64,000 bases of DNA from Gemmatimonadota bacterium (GCA_016713785.1 JADJOM010000001.1:841816-905815); one strand, 5' to 3'. Shown: positions 8,270 through 17,952, numbered from the stretch's first letter. Made by a program: numbers and translations. The notes: generated by a model not told the origin, from the letters alone.

Positions 8270-9991
8270 TCAGGGCACCCGCGCCGTGGCGAGGACGACA
8301 TCATCGATCCACATCGCCTGGGCCACCGTGGACCCGGTCCCGATGTAGGGCGCGATCACGAACTGGTTGAACTTCATCGTCGGGTGCTGCGCCGTGCGGA
8401 AGAGCACGTTCTGGTGGTCGATGAGCAGCTGCCCGTCGAACCAGTACTGGGCGATGCCGTCGGCCACGCCCTTCCCGCCCTGGATCGTATTGAGCTGGAA
8501 GTACGCCTCGACCCGGTGCCAGTCACCCTTGTAGCCGGGACCGGGATTCGGGAGGAACGCCGGGGCAGCGGCCTTCCAGATCTTCTCGTTCCGCCACTGC
8601 GTCCCGGACTGGTAGCACGAGTCGGGATACCCGTCGGTCGAGCCATTGCAGCCGGACACCGCGCGGTTTTCCGTCACGCCGGTCAGGTTCACGTTGAGCT
8701 TGGTGACGTCGATGTTCAGCGCGTCCTGGATCGACAGGCGGGGGACCCCGCCATTCTGGTAGTTCTGCTCGATGTAGGTGGTGAGGTGGGTGGCCGACGG
8801 GCCCACGAAGGCGCCATCCTGGTCGGTGATGACGTGGAATTCGTGGGGGTGGTAGTTCACGCCGGACCCGATCCAGTTGGTGCTGTACTTGACCCAGTAG
8901 CTGACGTAGATCCGGTCCGTGGCCGTGAAGAGGTGGCGCACCGCCGCGCCCTTGGCCGGCGTGGTGCTCCCCGTGGCCCAGGCCATCTGCAGCGCCCCCG
9001 CGCCGCCATGCTGGCCGGTCGCCACCACGGCCGGGTTGGTGTTGTCGTACCACCCGCGGCCCGAGACGCTGGCGTCGTCAAAGCCCTCGGTGAGCAGGAC
9101 GGTGCCTCCGCCCGGCGTCGTGGTGTCGCGGATGCTCACCAGCGCGGTGTCCGCATGGCCCTGATACCCCGCCACCACCCGGAACGACCCCGCCGTGGCC
9201 CCCGCCTGGTAACTCCCCCCCTGGCTCACGGTGCCACCGGTTGCCGTCCATGATGCGCCAACGGCTCCCGAGGAGCCGTCGCTGTAGCTGCCCGTCGCAC
9301 TGAAGGCGGTGGTACTCCCCGGGTCGACCGTGACGGCGGCGGGCGTCACGGTGACTGCGGTCAGCGTGGGTGCCGGTGTCGTGGTGTCCCGAATGGTCAC
9401 CAGGGCGGTGTCGGTGAAGCCCAGGTGCGAGGCGATGACCCGGAAGGCCCCGGCGGCGGCGCCCGCATGGTAGCTGCCCCCCTGCGTGACGGAGCCACCG
9501 GTCGCGTTCCAGGAAGCAACCACCGCGGCATTCGAGCCGTCGCTGAAACTGCCCACGGCGCTGAAGCCGGCCGTGGCCCCCGGGTCGAGGGTCAGGGACG
9601 CCGGCTGGACGCTGAGCCCAGCGAGGGAGGGGCCGCCCGCGCCCGCAATCGATACGACGGCCGTGTCCGCGTGCAGGAAGTCAGCGGTGACCACGATCAC
9701 CATGAACGACCCGGCGGCCACCCCCGCGTGGTAGACGCCCGCGCCGGTGACGGTCCCTCCCGTCGAGGCCCAGCTCACCGGCACTGAGCCGGAACTGCCA
9801 TCGGAATACTCCGCGACCGCGGCGAAGTCGAACGAATCCCCGGCGGCGAGCGCGACATTCGCCGGGGTGATCACCACCCGCTCGAGGACCGGCTCGGGAT
9901 CCAGACCTCCACTCTTTTCCGGGGCGGCGCAGGCGGCAAGCAGGGCAATGGCAAGGGCGGCGTGAGAACGCAGAGCAGGCACGAACGTCAC
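8270..9991 (-). CDS. lipoprotein with three tandem Big_2-like Ig domains and a C-terminal polysaccharide-lyase/concanavalin-like domain
   Basis: Lipobox LLAAC. Three ~85-aa repeats (V.P....L..G....F.A.G.YSDGS...V..SW.ATGG.V...G.Y.AG..AG.F.V). C-terminal domain with HPHEFH and DGIAQYWFDGQLLIDHQNVLFRT, typical of the Polysacc_lyase-type fold (from memory). Confidence 0.8.
   Translation of the reverse strand: MTFVPALRSHAALAIALLAACAAPEKSGGLDPEPVLERVVITPANVALAAGDSFDFAAVAEYSDGSSGSVPVSWASTGGTVTGAGVYHAGVAAGSFMVIVVTADFLHADTAVVSIAGAGGPSLAGLSVQPASLTLDPGATAGFSAVGSFSDGSNAAVVASWNATGGSVTQGGSYHAGAAAGAFRVIASHLGFTDTALVTIRDTTTPAPTLTAVTVTPAAVTVDPGSTTAFSATGSYSDGSSGAVGASWTATGGTVSQGGSYQAGATAGSFRVVAGYQGHADTALVSIRDTTTPGGGTVLLTEGFDDASVSGRGWYDNTNPAVVATGQHGGAGALQMAWATGSTTPAKGAAVRHLFTATDRIYVSYWVKYSTNWIGSGVNYHPHEFHVITDQDGAFVGPSATHLTTYIEQNYQNGGVPRLSIQDALNIDVTKLNVNLTGVTENRAVSGCNGSTDGYPDSCYQSGTQWRNEKIWKAAAPAFLPNPGPGYKGDWHRVEAYFQLNTIQGGKGVADGIAQYWFDGQLLIDHQNVLFRTAQHPTMKFNQFVIAPYIGTGSTVAQAMWIDDVVLATARVP
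9125..9886 (-). repeat. 3 x ~255-nt tandem intragenic repeat encoding the Big_2-like domains
   Basis: Protein residues ~36-115, 122-201 and 208-289 align. At the DNA level the units recur with a 255-nt period (e.g. 9231, 9486 and 9741, each ...ccaccggt..gc....cca...). Confidence 0.7.
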
Positions 9992-10147
9992 TCGTTATTG
10001 GGTTACCCCCAGTATCGGCATTCGGGGCCCCCGGCTCAACGACGCCGCTACCACTATAGAAGTGATCCTCGTCACTCCTGTCGCGCCCGCTGGACAATCG
10101 GCGGTGTCGCGCCAGATTCCCCTTCCCCGTCCACCATCGAAACGATC

Positions 10148-11215
10148 ATGGAATCGCGCTCGCTGACCTTCCTCAAGTCGCTGCTCGACTCGCCCGGCCC
10201 ATCCTCCTACGAGACCCTCCCCGCCCGCGCGTGGCGGGCCCAGGCCGAGGGCTTCGCCACCGAGGTGCAGGCCGACGTGAGCGGCAACTCGTTCGCGACG
10301 CTCAATCCCGCCGCCTCGCCGCGGGTGATGCTCGCCGGCCATATCGACGAGATCGGGCTGATGGTGACCTACATCGACGAGGAAGGGTTCCTCAGCTTCG
10401 ATACCATCGGCGGGTGGGACCACCAAGTCTTTGTGGGCCAGCGGGTGCAGCTGCTCACCCGGGGCGGCCTGGTCGCGGGGGTGATCGGGAAGAAGGCCAT
10501 CCACCTCATGGAGAAGGACGACCGCGAGAAAGTCTCCAAGGCCGACGACCTGTGGATCGACATCGGCGCCGCGAACCGGGCCGGCGCCGCCGCGCAGGTG
10601 CGGATCGGCGATCCCGGGGTGCTCGCCGCCAGCGTCCTCGAATTCCCGAACGGGCGGCTGGTCAGCCGCTCGCTCGACAACCGGGTGGGGGCCTTCGTGG
10701 TGCTGGAGGCGCTCCGGCTGCTCGCCGCCGACCGCCCCGTGGCGCGGGTCACGGCCGCCGCCACCACGCGCGAGGAGATCAGCTACACCGGTGGCGGGGC
10801 CCGCACCGGCGCCGCGGCGCTCGCGGCCGACGTGGCCGTGGTGGTCGACGTCACCCACGCCACCGATTATCCGGGGGTCGAGAAGCGGAAGCACGGCGAG
10901 TACAAGCTGGGCAGCGGCCCCGCCCTCACCCGCGGCGCGGCGATCAACCCGGTGGTGTTCGATCTCCTCGTGGCCACGGCCGAGGCGGAAGGCATCCCGT
11001 ACACCATCGAGGCCGCGCCACGGGACACCAGCACCGACGCCGACAACATCTTCACGGCGCTCAAGGGCGTGGCCACCGCGCTGGTGTCGGTGCCGCTGCG
11101 CTACATGCACAGCCCGAACGAGATGGTGGCGCTGGAGGACCTGGACCGGACGGCACGGCTGCTGGCGGGATTTGCGCGGCGGGTCACGCCGGCGACGGAT
11201 TTCGTGCCGCGGTAG
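10148..11215 (+). CDS. M42-family metallopeptidase (glutamyl aminopeptidase / FrvX-like)
   Basis: Start at ATG 10148 (MESRSLTFLKSLL), inside ORF 9962..11215. AGHIDEIGLMVTYIDEEGFLSF, SRSLDNRVGAFVVLEAL, EEISYTGG, YMHSPNEMV. Confidence 0.85.
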   Translation: MESRSLTFLKSLLDSPGPSSYETLPARAWRAQAEGFATEVQADVSGNSFATLNPAASPRVMLAGHIDEIGLMVTYIDEEGFLSFDTIGGWDHQVFVGQRVQLLTRGGLVAGVIGKKAIHLMEKDDREKVSKADDLWIDIGAANRAGAAAQVRIGDPGVLAASVLEFPNGRLVSRSLDNRVGAFVVLEALRLLAADRPVARVTAAATTREEISYTGGGARTGAAALAADVAVVVDVTHATDYPGVEKRKHGEYKLGSGPALTRGAAINPVVFDLLVATAEAEGIPYTIEAAPRDTSTDADNIFTALKGVATALVSVPLRYMHSPNEMVALEDLDRTARLLAGFARRVTPATDFVPR

Positions 11216-11239
11216 GCGGCGCCGGGCTGCCGCGCCGGC

Positions 11240-12781
11240 TCACTCCCAGAGGGTCTGCAACGCCTTTTCCGCGGCGGCGCGGACCTCGCGGTCCTCATCC
11301 CCCAGCAGTTCCTTGAGCGCGTTGGATCCGGAAGGGCCGGCCACATGCAGGCCCGCCACCGCGGCCAGCCGCACGCTCTGGGGCTTGCGCCGGAACAGCC
11401 GCCCACCCGGCTCCGCGGCCTTGCTCAGGGCCAGGATCGCGTCGTTGGACGCGATCCGCCCCAGCGCCAGGTACATCTCCCGCTGCACGTCGGGCTTGGA
11501 CTCCGCGTCGGCGGCCACCGCCAGCGTCATCGCCAGGCTGCGGTTCTTCCGGCCGTCGAGGTCCTTGGCGGCCTGGAGCCGGACCCCGGGCAGCGGGTCC
11601 TTGAGCGCGCGGCGCAGCGGTTCCACCGCCCCCGCGCCACCGATCCTGCCCAGCGCCCCCGCCACCGCCCGCCGCACCCGCTCGTCGTCGTGCGCAACCT
11701 GCCGGGCCAGGCCATGCACCGCGCTCTCCAGCCGCAGCTCGCCGCAGAGGTCGGCCACGTTGCGCACCACGAACCACTGGTCGTGGCTCAGCATGTGGAC
11801 CAGCAGCTCGCCCCCCTCGGTCATCTCCTTGAGGGCGTTGAAGTACGCGCGCCGCTGCCCCACCTCCTCGGCGTTCACCAGGGCGTTGAGCAGCACCTCC
11901 GTGCCGTCCACCCCCATCCGCCGCAGCACGGTGATCGCCTCGGCCTTCATGTCGCCGTGGGCGGTCATCCGCACCAGCTGTTCCAGCGTCGAGCGGGGCA
12001 GCATCCGCCGCAGCGCGATGCCGTAGCCGCGCCCGTCCCCGCCGTGCCCCTGGTCCTTGCGCTCCAGCTCCACCAGTCCGTGCGCGGCCATCAGCAGCTG
12101 CCGCCATTCCTTCTGCCGCGCGGCGAACTCCCCGGTCGCGATCAGCTGGTTGAGCAGCTCGTTGCGCGCCGCCGAGGACTGCGCGTGGGAGATCTGGTCC
12201 ACCAGCTCGTCGGTGGGGCTCACCGTGTGGGTCTGCATGGTGACGAAATGCATCATGCCGACCTTGGCCTCGGTGAGCGCGTCCGGGCCGATGGCGGTGA
12301 TGTGCCCCTCGTCGTCCACCTTGTCGCCCTTGGCCGCCGGACGCGGATCGACCGTCGGGGCGGCCCGGGCGGCCGGCTTGAGCGCGTCCTCGAGCGGCAG
12401 GACCGGGATCACCCCGCATCCCGCGGCGTCGAGCCGGGCGCTCAGGTGGTCGAAGGAGCCGTAGGTTCCCGGGGGCGCCGCGAGGATCCGCACCAGCGAC
12501 AGCAGCGTGGAACTCATGAGCCCCGAGGGAATCCGCACCTCGCCGACGCCGTGCTGGCGGAACTGGTCGTGCAGCGCGGCCACCTCGCCCCGGCCCACCG
12601 GGATCTCGATGTGGTCCCAGCGGAATCCCGCCTGGGTCACCCGGAGCTGGTGGTCCCCGTCCGGCAGGTTGGCCGTGAGGCGCCGGAATGCCTGCTTTTG
12701 CTCCTCCTTCTTGTCCGGGTGATCCCGGAACAGGAGGAGGATGCTGGCGAAGTCGGAGAGGATGCCCGCGGGTGTGGTCAT
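11240..12781 (-). CDS. HEAT-repeat protein with an uncharacterised N-terminal domain
   Basis: C-terminal half has repeated HEAT/PBS-lyase-like units (DERVRRAVAGALGRIGGAGAVEPLRRALKD, PGVRLQAAKDL, DVQREMYLALGRI, SVRLAAVAGL, DREVRAAAEKAL). 513 aa. Confidence 0.8.
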   Translation of the reverse strand: MTTPAGILSDFASILLLFRDHPDKKEEQKQAFRRLTANLPDGDHQLRVTQAGFRWDHIEIPVGRGEVAALHDQFRQHGVGEVRIPSGLMSSTLLSLVRILAAPPGTYGSFDHLSARLDAAGCGVIPVLPLEDALKPAARAAPTVDPRPAAKGDKVDDEGHITAIGPDALTEAKVGMMHFVTMQTHTVSPTDELVDQISHAQSSAARNELLNQLIATGEFAARQKEWRQLLMAAHGLVELERKDQGHGGDGRGYGIALRRMLPRSTLEQLVRMTAHGDMKAEAITVLRRMGVDGTEVLLNALVNAEEVGQRRAYFNALKEMTEGGELLVHMLSHDQWFVVRNVADLCGELRLESAVHGLARQVAHDDERVRRAVAGALGRIGGAGAVEPLRRALKDPLPGVRLQAAKDLDGRKNRSLAMTLAVAADAESKPDVQREMYLALGRIASNDAILALSKAAEPGGRLFRRKPQSVRLAAVAGLHVAGPSGSNALKELLGDEDREVRAAAEKALQTLWE

Positions 12782-12802
12782 GGGATGGGGGTTTCCGACC
12801 CC

Positions 12803-12831
12803 AAGATAAGTTCTACCATCAAGCGCAGCAA
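12803..12831 (-). promoter_or_regulatory. candidate sigma-70 promoter for the HEAT-repeat gene (TTGCTG-N17-TATCTT on minus strand)
   Basis: Plus-strand cagcaa at 12826-12831 and aagata at 12803-12808, with a 17-nt spacer. Located 21 nt upstream of ATG 12781, in the only AT-enriched stretch of this intergenic region. Confidence 0.35.
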
Positions 12832-12870
12832 TAGGTTAGGCACCCATTGGCGGGCAGGGCAGACCCCGGC

Positions 12871-12899
12871 TTCAACCGGCCCCGGGCCAGCACTAGCTT
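12871..12899 (+). promoter_or_regulatory. candidate sigma-70 promoter (TTCAAC-N17-TAGCTT) for the M28 peptidase operon; predicts a leaderless or near-leaderless mRNA
   Basis: TTCAAC at 12871-12876 and TAGCTT at 12894-12899. Only 7 nt separate the -10 element from ATG 12907, and there is no Shine-Dalgarno. Confidence 0.35.
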
Positions 12900-12906
12900 T
12901 GTGCCC

Positions 12907-14178
12907 ATGTCGATCCGCCTCCGAGTCGCCCCCCTCCTGCTGCTGGGGGCCGTGCCCTTCGCCGCCCCGCTGGCGGCCCAGTCCACCGCCGACGCGGTGG
13001 CCCTCCTCAACGACGTGCGGACCCTGGCCGCCGACTCACTCGGTGGCCGCCTCATCGGGTCGCCAGGGGCGGACAGTGCTGCCGCGTTCCTCTCCCGCCG
13101 CTTCAAGCAGGCCGGCCTCCGACCGGCACCCGGGGGCTGGTTCCAGCCCTTCACCGTCGCGGCCGATGCCCCCGCGGCGCGGGGCACGGGCATCGGCGGC
13201 GCGGTGGGCCGGAACGTGATCGGGGTGCTGGCGGGCCGCGACCCGACGCTCCGCAACGAGATCGTGGTGGTGGGCGCGCACTACGACCACCTGGGGGCCG
13301 GCCGCTTCGGCGCGCTCGACCCCGACAGCGCGGGCCGGGTGCACAACGGCGCCGACGACAACGCCTCCGGGGCGAGCGCCCTGGTGCACATCGCCCGGAA
13401 GCTCGCCGCCAGCCGCCCCGCGCGCACCGTCGTGTTCGTGGCCTTCAGCGGCGAGGAGGAGGGACTGCTCGGGTCGGACTACTACGTGAAGCACCCCGTC
13501 TTCCCGCTGGCCCGGACCTATGCCATGGTGAACATGGACATGGTGGGACGGCTGCGGGAGAACCGGCTGCTGGTCTACGGGGCGGCCACCGCGCAGGAGT
13601 TCCCGGCGCTGCTCGATTCGCTCAACCTCACGGCCGGCTTCGACCTGCGCGCCTCGGGCGACGGCTGGGGCCGCAGCGACCAGTCCTCGTTCTACGCCGC
13701 CGGCAAACCCGTCCTGCACGTCTTCACCGACCTGCACGAGGACTACCACCGCGCCAGCGACGACTGGGAGAAGATCAACGCCGACGGCCTGGCGCAGGTG
13801 GCCGACTTCACCGCGGCCATCGTGCGGACCCTCGCCAACCGTCGGGAGCCGCTGGTGTTCGTGAACGTGCCCCCGCCGCAGGTCGCGGCCGGCGGCCAGT
13901 CCTCCGGCTACGGCGCCTACCTCGGCACCATCCCCGACATGTCGGAGAACCCGGGTGGGGTGCGGCTCACCGGCGTCCGCGCCGGGAGCCCGGCCGAGAA
14001 GGCGGGGCTCCGGGGCAATGACATCATCCTGTGGATCGGCGAGACGAAGATCCCCGACCTCCAGGCCATGACCGGGGTGCTCCGGCAGCACAAGCCCGGC
14101 GACGTGATCGAGGTGCGGTTCCTGCGGGACGGGGCCGAGCAGCGCACCAGCGTGACCCTGGGCACCCGGGGCGGCTGA
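12907..14178 (+). CDS. secreted M28-family aminopeptidase with C-terminal PDZ domain
   Basis: Start at ATG 12907 (MSIRLRVAPLLLLGAVPFAAPLAAQ). M28 motifs HYDHLG, GADDNASGASALVHIARKL, FSGEEEGLLGSDYY. PDZ: GVRLTGVRAGSPAEKAGLRGNDIILWIG...PGDVIEVRFLRDG. Confidence 0.85.
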   Translation: MSIRLRVAPLLLLGAVPFAAPLAAQSTADAVALLNDVRTLAADSLGGRLIGSPGADSAAAFLSRRFKQAGLRPAPGGWFQPFTVAADAPAARGTGIGGAVGRNVIGVLAGRDPTLRNEIVVVGAHYDHLGAGRFGALDPDSAGRVHNGADDNASGASALVHIARKLAASRPARTVVFVAFSGEEEGLLGSDYYVKHPVFPLARTYAMVNMDMVGRLRENRLLVYGAATAQEFPALLDSLNLTAGFDLRASGDGWGRSDQSSFYAAGKPVLHVFTDLHEDYHRASDDWEKINADGLAQVADFTAAIVRTLANRREPLVFVNVPPPQVAAGGQSSGYGAYLGTIPDMSENPGGVRLTGVRAGSPAEKAGLRGNDIILWIGETKIPDLQAMTGVLRQHKPGDVIEVRFLRDGAEQRTSVTLGTRGG

Positions 14179-14636
14179 TGGCGGCCGTCCTCGACCCGCT
14201 CCCGATCGTGGCGGGGCTCCGCGGGCTCTTCTGCAAGGACGCCGGGCGCGCGGCGCTGCTGCAGTACGCCGCCGACCGGATCCGCGCCGCGGGCGCGCCA
14301 TATACCTCGGTCTACCTCTACATGCTCCACGGCGACACCCTCGAACTCGAGGCGTGGAGCGGACGGGAGACGGAGCACACCCGCATCGCCGTCGGCAAGG
14401 GCGTCTGCGGCACCGCGGTGGCGACCGGCACCGACCAGAACATCGGCGACGTGCGCGCCGTGGGCAATTACATCGCCTGCAACACCTTCACCCGCTCCGA
14501 GCTGGTGGTGCTGATCCGCCGCGGCGCGACCATCCTGGGACAGATCGACGTCGACAGCGACGTCCCCGATCCCTTCCGTCCCGACGAGGAAGCCGCGGTC
14601 CGGGCGGTGGCCGACGGACTCGCCAGCCTGCTGTGA
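14178..14636 (+). CDS. GAF-domain protein, free methionine-(R)-sulfoxide reductase (MsrC/fRMsr)-like
   Basis: ATG 14178 overlaps the upstream TGA by 1 nt (TGATG). GKGVCGTAVATG, NYIACNTFTRSELVVLI and ILGQIDVDSD resemble the fRMsr signature (IACD..S.SEIVVP...G.LDIDS). Confidence 0.8.
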   Translation: MAAVLDPLPIVAGLRGLFCKDAGRAALLQYAADRIRAAGAPYTSVYLYMLHGDTLELEAWSGRETEHTRIAVGKGVCGTAVATGTDQNIGDVRAVGNYIACNTFTRSELVVLIRRGATILGQIDVDSDVPDPFRPDEEAAVRAVADGLASLL

Positions 14637-15499
14637 TTCCCCTCCAGCCGACGGGCGGCGCCCACGCCGAGCGCACCCGGCGCCTGCCGGCCGGCGAGGT
14701 GACGCTGTTCGAGCGGCGGGTGGGCAATGGCCCGCCGGTGGTGGTGCTGCACGGCGGGCCCGGCGCGCACCACGATTACCTGCTCCCTGGCTTCGATACC
14801 CTCGTCGCCGGCCGCGAGCTGATCTATTACGACCAGCGCGGCGGCGGCCGCTCCCCGGTGGGACGCGAGGTGCCGGTCGGCTGGCGCGAGCAGGTGGCCG
14901 ACCTCGAGGCGCTGCGCGCGGCCTGGGACCTGCCGCGCCTCACCCTCGCCGGCTACTCCTGGGGCGGGCTGCTGGCGCTGCTCTACGCCCTGGAGCATCC
15001 GGGCCGGGTCCAGCGCCTGGCGCTGGTCTCCCCCGCCCCGGCCTGGCGCGCGGCCCGGGACGAATTCGAGCGCCGCTTCGAGGCGCGCACCCTGGCCCCG
15101 GCGCTGCAGGAAGCCCGGCGCACGCTGCGGGACAGCGGCCTGCGGGAGCGGGATCCGGCCGCCCACGCGGCGCGCCTCTTCGAGCTCGCGGTGGCGGGCT
15201 ACTTCCACGACCCCGCCCGTGCCACGGCGCTCACCCCGTTCCGCGTCACCGAGCGCACCCGGGCCGAGGTGTGGACCTCGCTCGGCGAGTTCGACTTGCG
15301 GCCGGCGCTCCGCGCCCTCACCGTGCCGGCGCTCGTCCTGCACGGCGATGACGACCCGATCCCGCACGAGGCCTCCCGCGAACTGGCCACCTGCCTCGGC
15401 GCGGCCTTCCACCTGGTGCCGGCGTGCGGGCACGTCCCCTATGTGGAGGCGCCGGAGGCGTTCCACCGGGTGATGGACGCCTTTCTCCCGCGGCCCTAG
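14633..15499 (+). CDS. alpha/beta hydrolase (prolyl aminopeptidase-like)
   Basis: GTG 14633 overlaps the GAF gene's TGA (GTGA). VVLHGGPGAHHDY, nucleophile elbow LAGYSWGG, C-terminal GHVPYVE (catalytic His). Confidence 0.8.
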   Translation: MIPLQPTGGAHAERTRRLPAGEVTLFERRVGNGPPVVVLHGGPGAHHDYLLPGFDTLVAGRELIYYDQRGGGRSPVGREVPVGWREQVADLEALRAAWDLPRLTLAGYSWGGLLALLYALEHPGRVQRLALVSPAPAWRAARDEFERRFEARTLAPALQEARRTLRDSGLRERDPAAHAARLFELAVAGYFHDPARATALTPFRVTERTRAEVWTSLGEFDLRPALRALTVPALVLHGDDDPIPHEASRELATCLGAAFHLVPACGHVPYVEAPEAFHRVMDAFLPRP

Positions 15500-15511
15500 C
15501 TTTCCCCGCCC

Positions 15512-16225
15512 ATGCGCCGCACTCCCTACGAGATCGCCTTCGGCCCCGACGCCGAGCCCCGCTTCGAACTGCTGCGGGAGTCGCTGGCGCGCGGGGGCCG
15601 GGACCCGCACGACGCCGACGCCTTCGTCCTCGATCCTGAGGTAGTGCGGTACCTGCGCGAACTGGTGCCCGAGGAGGGCGTGGGCGAGGCCGTCGCGGAG
15701 CACGTGGCGCTGCTGCATCACGCCTATCTCTATTGGGCCTCGGGCGGGTGGTTGCTCGGCCTCTCGCCCGAGCGGGCCCAGGCGCTCCTCACCACGGGGT
15801 TGCCGCTGCCCCCGGGCGACACCGCGCCTCCCGCCACGTACTACGTCCAGTTTCCCGAGCGAGTGGTCTGGGCCGCGCTGGCCCCCGACGAGCCGCACCA
15901 GCCGCTCGACGGGCTCTTCGTGCGCCCGTGGCCGGGCGGCGGCCTGTTCGCGCTGGCGGTCTTCGGGCTCCACCCGGGACAGGCGGGATTCAGCGTGGTG
16001 GCGGTGGACGGCTACCCCCCCGTGGCGCCCGTCCGTGCGGACGGCGCGCCGCTCTTTGCCCCCGTGCTCGCGGGCGGCGCCGCGGCCGGGCTGCATTCGA
16101 TCACGGGCGAGGAAGAGCTGCTCGAGCTCGCCGCCCGCACCGTGCCGCTCGCCGCGGAGAGCCGGGCCTGCGCCGGCGCGAGCCACCGGCCGCACCAGGC
16201 CGTGGAACTCGGGAGCCTCGCGTGA
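15512..16225 (+). CDS. conserved-looking hypothetical protein (237 aa), coupled to polX
   Basis: ATG 15512, 12 nt after the hydrolase stop. Its TGA overlaps the polX GTG. Coding-like GC3. No family recognised. Confidence 0.6.
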   Translation: MRRTPYEIAFGPDAEPRFELLRESLARGGRDPHDADAFVLDPEVVRYLRELVPEEGVGEAVAEHVALLHHAYLYWASGGWLLGLSPERAQALLTTGLPLPPGDTAPPATYYVQFPERVVWAALAPDEPHQPLDGLFVRPWPGGGLFALAVFGLHPGQAGFSVVAVDGYPPVAPVRADGAPLFAPVLAGGAAAGLHSITGEEELLELAARTVPLAAESRACAGASHRPHQAVELGSLA

Positions 16226-17952
16226 CCGACCAGAAGACCATCGCCCAGGTGCTGGAGCAGATCGCCGCGTTCCTGGAACTGCAGGGGGAAAACCCGTTCC
16301 GGGTGCGGGCCTTCCGGAGCGCGGCCAAGGCGGTGGGAGCGCTTTCCGGCAGCGTGGCCGATGCGCTCGCCGATGGCTCGCTCGCCGCCACCAAGGGCGT
16401 CGGTCCGGCCACGCTCGCGATCGTCCAGGAGGTCGCCGCCAGCGGCCGCTCCTCGCTGCTCGATGAGCTGCGCGGCCAGGTGCCCGCCGGCCTGGTGGAG
16501 ATGCTGCAGATCTCCGGGCTCGGCGTGGCCAAGATCCGCCAGATCCACGAGACCCTGGGCATCGACTCCCTGCCGGAGCTCGAGGCCGCCGCGCGCGACG
16601 GGCGGCTGGCGCGGCTGCCGCGCTTCGGCCAGAAGACGGCGGAGAACATCCTCAAGGGCATCGCGTTCCTGCGCACGGCCAGCGGCTTCCGGCTGGCCCA
16701 CCACGCCGCCGACGAGGCGGCCGGGCTGCGCGAGGCCCTCGCCGCCCTGCCGGGCGTGAGCGCGGCAATCATCGCGGGCGACGTGCGGCGGCGGATGGAG
16801 GTGGTGCGCGGCCTCTCGATCGTGCTGGTGGCCGACGTGGCCCCGGAGGAGATCTACCGGCGCATCGGGGCACTCCCCGGGGTCCACGAGTTCTCGGGCC
16901 AGGACGAGCGGCGGGTGACGCTGCGGGTCAGTGGCGGCGCGGAGGCGCAGGTGGTGGTCACCACCCCGCGCAACGTCGGCGGCGTGCTGGTCCAGGCCAC
17001 CGGCAGCGACGCGCACCTGGCCCAGCTGGCGGTCCACGCCAGGGACCGGGGCTTCACCTTCGACGGCGCGGCGCTGTGGCACGGCAGCACGTTCGTCCCC
17101 ACCGCCGATGAGGCGGCGTTCTATGCCGCGCTTGGCCTGGCCGAGATCCCGCCGGAGCTGCGCGAGGGCCGGGGGGAGATCGCCGCCGCCGCCGCGGGCA
17201 CGCTGCCCACCCTGCTCGAGCCGGACGACCTGCGCGGCTTCCTGCACTGCCACACCACGGCCTCCGATGGCACCAACACCGTGGCGGAGCTGGCGGAGGC
17301 CTGCCGGGAGCAGGGCTACGCGTGGATGGGCATCACCGACCACAGCAAGGCCGCGGCCTACGCCGGCGGGTTGTCGGTCGCGGACCTGCAGCGCCAGGCC
17401 GCGGAGATCGACGCCCTCAACGCCGCCGGCCCCGGCATCCGGGTCCTCAAGGGCATCGAGGTGGACATCCTTGGCGATGGCCTCCTCGACTACGAGGACC
17501 CCGTGCTGGCCCAGCTCGATTTCGTGATCGGCTCGATCCACAGCCGCTTCAGCCAGAGCCGGCCGGAGATGACGGCGCGGGTGCTGGCCGCGATGGACAA
17601 TCCGCACCTCGCCATCCTGGGCCACCCCACCGGCCGGTTGCTGCTCTCGCGGGACCCCTACCAGATCGACATGGAGGCGGTCATCGCCAAGGCCATCGCC
17701 TCCGGGGTGGCAATCGAGATCAACGCCGACCCCCACCGCCTCGACCTCGACTGGCGCCTGCTGCGCGAGGCCCGCGACGCCGGCCTGCGGATCTCGATCG
17801 GCGCCGACGCCCACAACCTGGCGGGGATCCGCAACGTCGCGTTTGGCGTGGGGATCGCCCGGAAGGGCTGGCTCACCCGCGCGGACGTGCTGAACACCCT
17901 CGCGGTCGACGGGTTCCTGGCACACGTGGCGGCCCGGCGGGCGCGGGCGTGA
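16222..17952 (+). CDS. polX: DNA polymerase X family protein with C-terminal PHP phosphoesterase domain (PolX)
   Basis: GTG 16222 (VTDQKTIAQVLEQIAAFLELQGENPFRVRAFRSAAKAV, pol-beta-like 8-kDa/HhH). ISGLGVAKIRQI, GFGQKTAENI. PHP: LHCHTTASDG, GITDHS, GIEVDI, GSIHS, ILGHPTGR, EINADPHRLD. Confidence 0.9.
   Translation: MTDQKTIAQVLEQIAAFLELQGENPFRVRAFRSAAKAVGALSGSVADALADGSLAATKGVGPATLAIVQEVAASGRSSLLDELRGQVPAGLVEMLQISGLGVAKIRQIHETLGIDSLPELEAAARDGRLARLPRFGQKTAENILKGIAFLRTASGFRLAHHAADEAAGLREALAALPGVSAAIIAGDVRRRMEVVRGLSIVLVADVAPEEIYRRIGALPGVHEFSGQDERRVTLRVSGGAEAQVVVTTPRNVGGVLVQATGSDAHLAQLAVHARDRGFTFDGAALWHGSTFVPTADEAAFYAALGLAEIPPELREGRGEIAAAAAGTLPTLLEPDDLRGFLHCHTTASDGTNTVAELAEACREQGYAWMGITDHSKAAAYAGGLSVADLQRQAAEIDALNAAGPGIRVLKGIEVDILGDGLLDYEDPVLAQLDFVIGSIHSRFSQSRPEMTARVLAAMDNPHLAILGHPTGRLLLSRDPYQIDMEAVIAKAIASGVAIEINADPHRLDLDWRLLREARDAGLRISIGADAHNLAGIRNVAFGVGIARKGWLTRADVLNTLAVDGFLAHVAARRARA

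Noticed and set aside
15733-16221. N-terminal extension of the PolX ORF (track start 15733); similarly 17322..17948 for nth and 14354..14632 for the hydrolase
   Set aside because: The extensions overlap the preceding real genes out of frame and are Arg/Pro-rich. Homology starts at GTG codons embedded in the upstream stop (GTGA).
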